Below are positions 56,937 through 64,000 of a stretch of DNA of 64,000 bases, piece by piece. The stretch covers positions 5,387-69,386 of the forward strand of contig JAZRXG010000021.1 in assembly GCA_045600105.1 (NCBI GenBank), in the 5' to 3' direction. This DNA is from Eubacteriales bacterium (GTDB taxonomy: Bacteria > Bacillota > Clostridia > Oscillospirales > CAG-382). A program made the translations under genes and the position numbers. Each line of letters starts with the position of its first letter. The first letter of the stretch is position 1. Below the pieces are notes generated by a model, which had not been told where the DNA came from, ran no database searches, and saw only the letters and a list, made by a program, of their open reading frames with translations.

Positions 56937-59459
56937 ATGGAATACTTTCTCGCAATAGACATAGGAGCGTCGTCGGGACGCCACATCATCGGATACCGCG
57001 AAAACGGAGTTATGAAGACGAAAGAGGTCTTCCGTTTTCCTAACGGAGTCATAAAAAAAGACGGGCATCTGACGTGGGACATCGCGTCGCTGAACGAAAA
57101 CGTAAAAAAAGGCATTGCGAAAGCGAAAGCCGAATACGACGGGATAGTGAGCCTTGCCATCGACACGTGGGGCATCGACTACGTTCTGATGAAGGGCGAT
57201 GAAGAGGTGACGCCGTGCTTTGCCTACCGCGACGACAGAACAAAGAAATACATAGACGAGCTTCATTCGGTCGTTCCTTTCGAAACGCTGTATTCGCACA
57301 CGGGCTGTCAGTTCCAGCCTTTCAATTCCATCTATCAGCTTTACACCGACCTAAGGGAAGGCAGGCTGGAGGACGTCACCGATTTTCTGATGATACCCGA
57401 GTACCTTATGTATAAGCTGTGCGGCGTAAAGATAAAAGAATATACCAACGCCACCACGACGGGAATGATAAACGCGAAGACCGGCGGATTCGACGAGGAT
57501 ATCGTAAGTTCTCTCGGACTGCCGCGTCATCTCTTCCCTTCTCTCACGCGTCCGGGAAAGGTCATCGGCGAATACGACGGCATAAAGGTAATGACCTGCG
57601 CCACGCACGACACGGGCTCTGCCGTCGAGGGCATACCGATGGACGGCGACGAGATATACATATCCTCCGGAACGTGGTCGCTGCTCGGCGTAAAGACGGC
57701 GTCCCCCGTTACGGATTACGGCAGCATGAAAGAAAACTACTCGAGCGAAGGCGGAGTGGGATACAACAGATACCTCAAGAACATAATGGGCATGTGGCTC
57801 ATAAACAGGCTGAAAGACGAGCTTTGCCCCGAAAAATCGTTTGCCGACATAGTAAAGGGCGCCGAAGCAAGCACGTTCGACGGTCTGGTCGACGCAAACG
57901 GAAGCGCGTTTCTGTCGCCCGAGAGCATGAAGGAAGCGTTCGACTCAGCACTTGACGAAAAGCCGAAGAGGGACGACGACTATTTCAGATGCGCCTACCG
58001 TTCGCTCGCCGTCTGCTACAAAAAAGCAGTCGAAGGGCTGGAAGGAGCACTCGGCAAAAAATACTCAAAGATATACATCGTCGGAGGCGGCGCCAAAAAC
58101 GATTTTCTCAATTCACTCACCGAGGAATACACGGGCAAAAAGGTCATTGCCCTGCCGATAGAGGCAACGTCGCTCGGCAACTTGAAAATACAAGCGGAGG
58201 CATACGACAAAATGACACGTTACGAAAGCGCAAAGCAGATCTATGCAAAATACGGCATCGACGCCGAAAAAGCCATCTCGCTCGCCTCGTCCAAGCCCAT
58301 TTCCATCCATTGCTGGCAGGGCGACGACGTGACGGGCTTCGACAACCCCGACGGAGGCGCCGGCAACGGCATACAGACGACGGGCAACTACCCCGGAAAA
58401 GCGCGTAATTTTGAAGAACTCAAAGCCGACTTTCTCAAAGCCGCTTCCCTCATCCCCGGCAAAAAACGCATCAATCTGCACGCCTGCTACGCCGTTTTCA
58501 AGGACGGCGAATGGGTCGACAGAGACAGGATAGAATACAAACACTTCGCTCCATGGGTAGAGTTTGCCAAGGAAAACGGCTTCGGCATCGACTTCAACCC
58601 TACGGTGTTCAGCCACCCGATGATGAAGGACGGGCTTTCGCTCTCTTCCCCCGACGAGAACGTCCGCCGTTTCTGGATAAACCACTGCAAGGCGTGCCGC
58701 AGGATCGCCGAAAGGATAGGCGAAGAGCTGAACGACAGCGTGCTTGACAACGTGTGGATCCCCGACGGACTCAAGGACGTGCCTGCCGACAGGCTCACGC
58801 CGCGTCTCCGTCTCAAGGCGAGCCTTGACGAGATATTCGCCGAAAAGCTGCCGCACGTCATCGACTGTGTCGAAAGCAAGGTGTTCGCCATCGGCGTCGA
58901 AAGCTACACGGTGGGCAGCAACGAGTTTTATATGAGCTACGCCGCGACTCATCCCGGCGTGTATAACCTGCTCGACAACGGTCACTATCACCCGACGGAA
59001 GTCGTCAGCGACAAGATCCCCTCGCTGCTCGCGTTCTTCGACAAGGTGCCGCTCCACGTCACCCGCGGCGTCCGCTGGGACAGCGACCACGTAGTCATAC
59101 TCGAAGACGAGATAAAAGAGATAATGAAAGAGATCGTCAGAAACGACGCGCTCGACAAGGTTATAATCGGCCTTGACTTCTTCGACGCTTCGATCAACCG
59201 CGTCGCCGCGTGGGTCATCGGCGCGAGAAACGCCGAAAAGGCGCTGCTCTGGGCGCTTCTCCAGCCGCACGACGAACTGAAAAAGCTTCAGGACGAAGGC
59301 AGCTTCACGAAGAAGCTGATGCTGATGGAGGAAGCGAAAACACTTCCGTTCGGCGATATATGGACCGAATACTGCTCCCGCAGCGGCGTTCCCGCCGATG
59401 AAAGCTGGTATAACGTCGTGGAAGACTATGAAAAGAAAGTGCTGGTGGAAAGAAAATGA
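56937..59459 (+). CDS. rhaBA: fused rhamnulokinase / L-rhamnose isomerase (RhaB-RhaA), 840 aa
   Basis: aa 1-425 form a FGGY kinase (AIDIGASSGRH...GGGAKNDFLN). aa 426-840 form rhamnose isomerase (MTRYESAKQIYAKYGID...SIHCWQGDDV). There is no stop codon between the two halves. Confidence 0.85.
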   Translation: MEYFLAIDIGASSGRHIIGYRENGVMKTKEVFRFPNGVIKKDGHLTWDIASLNENVKKGIAKAKAEYDGIVSLAIDTWGIDYVLMKGDEEVTPCFAYRDDRTKKYIDELHSVVPFETLYSHTGCQFQPFNSIYQLYTDLREGRLEDVTDFLMIPEYLMYKLCGVKIKEYTNATTTGMINAKTGGFDEDIVSSLGLPRHLFPSLTRPGKVIGEYDGIKVMTCATHDTGSAVEGIPMDGDEIYISSGTWSLLGVKTASPVTDYGSMKENYSSEGGVGYNRYLKNIMGMWLINRLKDELCPEKSFADIVKGAEASTFDGLVDANGSAFLSPESMKEAFDSALDEKPKRDDDYFRCAYRSLAVCYKKAVEGLEGALGKKYSKIYIVGGGAKNDFLNSLTEEYTGKKVIALPIEATSLGNLKIQAEAYDKMTRYESAKQIYAKYGIDAEKAISLASSKPISIHCWQGDDVTGFDNPDGGAGNGIQTTGNYPGKARNFEELKADFLKAASLIPGKKRINLHACYAVFKDGEWVDRDRIEYKHFAPWVEFAKENGFGIDFNPTVFSHPMMKDGLSLSSPDENVRRFWINHCKACRRIAERIGEELNDSVLDNVWIPDGLKDVPADRLTPRLRLKASLDEIFAEKLPHVIDCVESKVFAIGVESYTVGSNEFYMSYAATHPGVYNLLDNGHYHPTEVVSDKIPSLLAFFDKVPLHVTRGVRWDSDHVVILEDEIKEIMKEIVRNDALDKVIIGLDFFDASINRVAAWVIGARNAEKALLWALLQPHDELKKLQDEGSFTKKLMLMEEAKTLPFGDIWTEYCSRSGVPADESWYNVVEDYEKKVLVERK

Positions 59460-60268
59460 AAGATATACTTGAGTCGCCGTTCCTTATTGAAATGATACGC
59501 ACGACGAGCGAAATGTACGCCCACGGCTGGGACGAAAGAAACGGCGGCAACGTCAGCCTGATGCTTGACGAAAAGGACGTCGCCGAATACGTCGATATCA
59601 ACTCCGTGATCCGCAGCATACCGACGGGCTTCAAAGCTCCCGAGCTGAAGGGCAAGTATTTCCTCGTGACCGGAACGGGCAAGTATTTCAAGAACGTCAA
59701 ATACGACCCCGCGAAGAATCTGGGACTTTTCAGAGTCAGCGAAGACGGCGAAAACGCCGAGCTCCTCTGGGGCTATTCCGACGGCGGACGCTTCACGTCC
59801 GAGCTTCCCGCTCATCTCATGAGCCACATAAGCCGTCTCGGTGTCGACGGCGAAAACAGGGTCGTCATGCACTGCCACCCCGCGAACCTGCTTGCGATGT
59901 CGTTCGTACACGACCTTGACGAAAAGGAATTCACCCACACTCTCTGGCAGATGTGCACCGAGTGCGTGGTCGTCTTCCCCGACGGCGTGAACGTGCTGCC
60001 GTGGATGATATGCGGCACGAACGAGATAGGCGAAGCCACCGCCGAGAAGATGAAGACTTCCCGCCTCGTCGTATGGGCGCAGCACGGCATCTACGGCGCG
60101 GGGCGCGACCTTGACGAAGCGTTCGGACTTATCGAGACCGCCGAGAAAGCCGCCGAAATATGGCTGAAGATAGCGCACCTGCCCATAAAGCAGACAATCA
60201 CCGACAGTCAGATGCACGAGATCGAAAAGCGCTTCGGCGTCAAAACGAGAGACGGCTGGATAGAATAA
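59456..60268 (+). CDS. rhaD: rhamnulose-1-phosphate aldolase
   Basis: Class II aldolase: GWDERNGGNVS and HCHPANLLA. ATGA overlap with rhaBA. Confidence 0.9.
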   Translation: MKDILESPFLIEMIRTTSEMYAHGWDERNGGNVSLMLDEKDVAEYVDINSVIRSIPTGFKAPELKGKYFLVTGTGKYFKNVKYDPAKNLGLFRVSEDGENAELLWGYSDGGRFTSELPAHLMSHISRLGVDGENRVVMHCHPANLLAMSFVHDLDEKEFTHTLWQMCTECVVVFPDGVNVLPWMICGTNEIGEATAEKMKTSRLVVWAQHGIYGAGRDLDEAFGLIETAEKAAEIWLKIAHLPIKQTITDSQMHEIEKRFGVKTRDGWIE

Positions 60269-60387
60269 AAAAGCCATTTGGCCTTTTTATTGCAAATGGC
60301 AAATTGCAAATTATTCGGATGAACATAAAAATAGGCATCATTTTGAGAGTGATGCCTATTTAAGCGAACAAAGACGGATGCAGAAAT

Positions 60388-60522
60388 GCCTCCCTCCGGG
60401 AGGGAGGGGGACCGCGATAGCGGTGGAAGGAGAATGCGGAATGCGATTTACCTCGCTGAAATAATGAACTTCCGCACTCTCCTTCAGTCAGCTTCGCTGA
60501 CAGCTCCCTCCCGGAGGGAGCC
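60388..60522. repeat. 135-bp palindromic (MITE-like) element built from five hairpins
   Basis: ~53-nt imperfect terminal inverted repeats. CTCCCTCC(C)GGAGGGAG occurs at both ends. The inner arm GAAGGAGAATGCGGAA pairs with TTCCGCACTCTCCTTC. The arm-internal hairpins ACCGCgataGCGGT and GTCAGCttcGCTGAC differ in sequence but both fold. Confidence 0.65.
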
Positions 60523-60630
60523 TTTTTCGCAATCTGCCCTATCTGTAAAATCGTTTTGAGGTTTGTCTTCAGTTTGAAAGGATTTCCGCGGTAAAAAGCG
60601 GAAATCCTTTCCTTAATTTGGAATTTGCAA

Positions 60631-61791
60631 TTATTTTTTGCTGTTGTAATGGATGTTGGCGGAGGTTAAATATTCGTTATATTCGCCGATCTCTATCTTG
60701 TTCCATTCTTCTTCCGTGCCGGTGAAATACACATCGGTGAGAGAGGAGCAACCGTAGAACGCATGACCGCCAATGCTCGTTATGCTGTCCGGGATGGTGA
60801 TGTTTGTGAGAGAGGAGCAATCGAGGAACGCATAATCACCAATGCTCGTTACGCTGCCCGGGATTGTGATGTTTGTGAGAGAGGAGCAACCGTAGAACGC
60901 ATACCAGCCAATGCTCGTCACGCTGTCCGGGATGGTGATGCTTGTAAGAGAGGAGCAACCGTAGAACGCTTCATCGCCAATTCTCGTTACGCTGCCGTCA
61001 TCGGGAATAACGCTGTTATTACATCCTTTAATAAGCTCTTTTTCAGAAGTTTTTATAATGCAGTTGCCTGAGCTATGATATATGGGATTTTCGCTTTCAA
61101 CTTTTATTGAGGAAAGATTGTCACAACCAGCAAACACACCGTAACCAATGCTTGTTACGCTGTCCGGGATGGTGACGCTTGTAAGAGAGGAACAACCGTC
61201 GAACGCATCATCACCAATGCTCGTTACGCTGTCCGGGATTGTGATGTTTGTGAGAGAGGAGCAATCGCAGAACGCCTCGGTGCCAATTCTCGTTACGCTG
61301 TCCGGGATTGTGATGTTTGAGAGAGAGGAGCAATCGCGGAACGCCCAATAGCCAATACCCGTCACCTTATCGCCGTCGGGACTGACGGAGGGGATAACAA
61401 CATCTGTGTCGGTACAGCTTCCGATGCCCGTAACACTGCACGTTCCGTCGCCGTTGGATTTGAACTCGAGTCCGCTTGATGCCTCCGTCGGTTCACTTGA
61501 TTCTTCGGGTTCGCTTTGTTCTTCGCTTACCGAAACGTAAGACGATCCGTCGCTCGAAGTGTCGGACGTCAACGGGTCAATGGGATCGACGGGACGTTTT
61601 ATGAGTGCGAAAATAAGGAAGCCGAGCGTCACGACGACCACGACGCTTGCCGCGATCTTTGCGATGCTTGCGAACAGCACGCCTTTCGGTTTTGTGCTTG
61701 CCGCGTTCCCCGACGCTTTCGACGGAACGGATTCTTCTATATACTTGGCGCTGACGCCGCCGAGAGAATCAAGCAGCTTTTTCGATTTCAT
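60631..61791 (-). CDS. membrane-anchored anti-sigma-like protein with extracellular BspA-type leucine-rich repeats
   Basis: The start overlaps the sigma gene stop (ATGA). Short cytoplasmic N-terminus (LDSLGGVSAKYIEES), one TM, a Ser/Glu linker, then ~23-aa repeats ITIPDSVTSIGxxAFxGCSSLT. Confidence 0.75.
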   Translation of the reverse strand: MKSKKLLDSLGGVSAKYIEESVPSKASGNAASTKPKGVLFASIAKIAASVVVVVTLGFLIFALIKRPVDPIDPLTSDTSSDGSSYVSVSEEQSEPEESSEPTEASSGLEFKSNGDGTCSVTGIGSCTDTDVVIPSVSPDGDKVTGIGYWAFRDCSSLSNITIPDSVTRIGTEAFCDCSSLTNITIPDSVTSIGDDAFDGCSSLTSVTIPDSVTSIGYGVFAGCDNLSSIKVESENPIYHSSGNCIIKTSEKELIKGCNNSVIPDDGSVTRIGDEAFYGCSSLTSITIPDSVTSIGWYAFYGCSSLTNITIPGSVTSIGDYAFLDCSSLTNITIPDSITSIGGHAFYGCSSLTDVYFTGTEEEWNKIEIGEYNEYLTSANIHYNSKK

Positions 61792-62342
61792 ATAGTAATG
61801 CCCTCCTTTTCGAGAAATTCTCTGAGTTTTCGGCGAGTTCTCGAAAGCATCGTCTTTACGCTGCCTTCGGTCACGGACAGCTCTTCCGCTATTTCGCCGA
61901 CCGTCATGGCGTACCAATAACGCCGCATGAATACGACGCGTTTCCTTTTTGAAAGCGACGCGATAAACGAATCGAGCAGTTCACGCAGCGTCGTTTCGTC
62001 CGCTTCTTCCCCGTCGCCCGACGGTATGCACTCCTCAAGCTCCTCAAGGATGAGCGGGACGCCGTCCTCGTTCCTCTTCTCGGCGTTCAGATGCTTCAGC
62101 TTGTCGAGCGCGAGATTCCTGCTTATCGTGCCTACGTACGGACGGAGCGGGTCCGGTTCGGCGGGCGGTATGGAGTTCCACAGCCTGAGGTATGTGTCAT
62201 TCACCACTTCGTCGGCGTAAAAGCTGTCGGACAAGATATTGTTTGCTATGTAATGACAGTATTTCCCGTATTGCTTTTCCGTTTCACGCAGAGCCTGCTC
62301 GTTTCTCGCAAAATACAGTTTCACGATCTCTCTGTCGTTCAT
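61788..62342 (-). CDS. sigma-70 family (ECF-like) RNA polymerase sigma factor
   Basis: Region 2 (DEVVNDTYLRLW) and region 4 HTH (MTVGEIAEELSVTEGSVKTMLSRTRRKL). 184 aa. Confidence 0.9.
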   Translation of the reverse strand: MNDREIVKLYFARNEQALRETEKQYGKYCHYIANNILSDSFYADEVVNDTYLRLWNSIPPAEPDPLRPYVGTISRNLALDKLKHLNAEKRNEDGVPLILEELEECIPSGDGEEADETTLRELLDSFIASLSKRKRVVFMRRYWYAMTVGEIAEELSVTEGSVKTMLSRTRRKLREFLEKEGITI

Positions 62343-62387
62343 TGCTTCTCCTTTCGCCGATACCCCGATTTTTTCTTTTCATCCTAA

Positions 62388-62416
62388 GTAACGAAAAACA
62401 CGTGCCGAAGGTTACA
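62388..62416 (-). promoter_or_regulatory. possible ECF-type autoregulated promoter
   Basis: The minus strand reads tGTAAC-17 nt-CGTTAc, ~45 nt upstream of the sigma gene. It resembles AAC...CGT ECF promoters. Weak evidence. Confidence 0.3.
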
Positions 62417-62611
62417 TTTTTTCAAAAAAACTTTTATTTTTATTTTAACTTGATTTTTGTGAAAAAGCAAGAGCTTTCACAAAGCCGGACAGAGCAAAAC
62501 GGATCGTAAACGACGGAAAGCCGCCCGAAAGGAAAATACTTTCTTTCAGACGGCTTTCGCTGTTGTTATTCTGATTTTACACCGAAACGGACTCGGATCG
62601 TTTTGCCGTTA

Positions 62612-64000
62612 TCAGTCTGCGTACGGCACATACAGATATATGAAACCGGGCTGACCGTCCAGCCAGCTGTAACGCAGATCCAGCCAGAACGTATTGTGGA
62701 AGACCATATTGTATCCGTCAAGATCGGATAAACGGTCATAACCGTCAATGCGGAAGCGGTAATGCGGATTTTCGTCGTTGTTTATTTCAAAAAGAGCCGC
62801 ACCGTTTTCGTTGGTATAAACGTAGTCTATATCATTTCCGTTTTCATCGCATATCCAGATCTTGATGTTTTCTTTCGCAACGTCATAATCCTCATAGCCG
62901 CGCCTTGTTATATTCGTTCTTCCGGGGCCGCCGATATCCACGACAAATACCGCAATGGGTATCGGAGCGTTCTTGGGTATGGGCGTATAAGCGTACAGCG
63001 CCGTAAAATCGGATATCGAAAGAGATTCCGGCGTATAGTGCGATGACTGCGTATGATATGATTTGCCGTCCACGGTCACGGTACCCGTTGTCGGTGCCTT
63101 GCTTGAGTCGACCGAGATTATCTCACATGAAGACACGGACAGCGTGTAAACGTATTCCGTACCGTCTTTTGTAAGAGTAACGATACATTTCAGTCCGTGA
63201 TCGTTCAATACGTTGTCCTGTACGCCGTCAAGGTAATAATCGAACGTGTCGGGCTTATTCGTTCCGAGATGCGAAAATACTTTTTGCTTGATTCCGGAGA
63301 TCGCCGTATTATCAAGTCTTGCGTCCGTCAGCTTTATACTGTCGTCAACGCTGTCATAAATCAGCCCGTACTGCAGTTTGCCGATATCAAGGGAAGCAGT
63401 CCATTCGTTGCCGATCTGTGAAATAATATCAAGCGAAACAATGTCGTCTTTATCGACACCCGACAAAGCGATCACGCGTTCCCTGACCTCTTCCTCTGTC
63501 AGCGCTTTTCTGGGATCGCCCGATTTATAATCCCAAATGACCGTGCGGACCGTATCGGGATAATAATCGTGATTCCAGTCTTTGTTCCATCCCGAAGGCT
63601 GCCTTTCGGCTTCGCAGTATATCGTAACGGAAAGAGATTTGGTGAACACATCTTTTCCGATGCTTACAACGCCTTTCGGAATGTTTATGCTTTCAAGATG
63701 ATTGCACAGGGCAAACGCGTAATTGTCGATGCTTGTCAAGCTGTCCGGAAGAGTAAGGTTCACAATACCTTCACAGCATTCAAACGCGCTTACACCGATG
63801 GCGGTTATCCCCTCCGGAATGGTTACGCTCTTTATATTACGCTGCATATAGAACGCATAGCTGCCGATTTCCGTGACCTTGTCACCGTCGGGGCTGAAAG
63901 ACGGGATCATTACTTCCGTATCATCACAGTCTCCTCTGTAAACGGCACACGTTCCGTCGCCGTTCGATATAAACTCAAGTCCTCTCGAGCCTTCGGATCT
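62612..64000 (-). CDS. BspA-type LRR surface protein paralog with PepSY-like and beta-sandwich C-terminal domains; N-terminus beyond window
   Basis: The reading frame stays open upstream of the track ATG to the window edge (...LEFISNGDGTCAVYRGDCDDTEVMIPSFSPDGDKVTEIG), colinear with the neighbouring LRR protein. C-terminal segment YCEAERQPSGWNKDWN. Confidence 0.75.
   Translation of the reverse strand, partial: RSEGSRGLEFISNGDGTCAVYRGDCDDTEVMIPSFSPDGDKVTEIGSYAFYMQRNIKSVTIPEGITAIGVSAFECCEGIVNLTLPDSLTSIDNYAFALCNHLESINIPKGVVSIGKDVFTKSLSVTIYCEAERQPSGWNKDWNHDYYPDTVRTVIWDYKSGDPRKALTEEEVRERVIALSGVDKDDIVSLDIISQIGNEWTASLDIGKLQYGLIYDSVDDSIKLTDARLDNTAISGIKQKVFSHLGTNKPDTFDYYLDGVQDNVLNDHGLKCIVTLTKDGTEYVYTLSVSSCEIISVDSSKAPTTGTVTVDGKSYHTQSSHYTPESLSISDFTALYAYTPIPKNAPIPIAVFVVDIGGPGRTNITRRGYEDYDVAKENIKIWICDENGNDIDYVYTNENGAALFEINNDENPHYRFRIDGYDRLSDLDGYNMVFHNTFWLDLRYSWLDGQPGFIYLYVPYAD

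Overview
High-GC Clostridia-type (Oscillospiraceae/Ruminococcaceae-like) chromosomal core. No transposase, integrase, phage, CRISPR, rRNA or tRNA gene was seen. Housekeeping blocks: thrS with a Thr T-box; upp-ung; hflX; rpmE-prfA; rplU-prp-rpmA-obg; spoVG; murC-rpmB; coaE-tsaC; metA; mutS2-recO-era-ybeY-phoH. Glycan and nutrient genes are interleaved: GH36 alpha-galactosidase, a NahK-like kinase, a BNR sialidase-like protein, a DUF4434 protein, a fused rhaB-rhaA plus rhaD, three paralogous orphan SBP lipoproteins, and an xpt-BMP nucleoside ABC operon. Envelope and regulatory modules: two tandem MacB-type fused ABC exporters, a LytTR/LiaF-like pair, an ECF-like sigma with an LRR anti-sigma, and perR-rubrerythrin. 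Most interesting: (1) an orphan radical-SAM/SPASM enzyme translationally coupled to a 110-aa Zn-ribbon peptide carrying a duplicated M-x-x-VYAGP motif, a candidate undescribed RiPP or protein-modification cassette; (2) a ~390-bp gene-free, highly structured locus bracketed by two identical 26-nt hairpins upstream of metA; (3) structured intergenic repeats with compensatory stem changes, and a hairpin-rich MITE-like region after rhaD; (4) a guanine-type riboswitch placed between xpt and the BMP transporter; (5) a structured mgtE leader that is not an M-box. Many long ORFs in the track are antisense shadows of real genes and were rejected.
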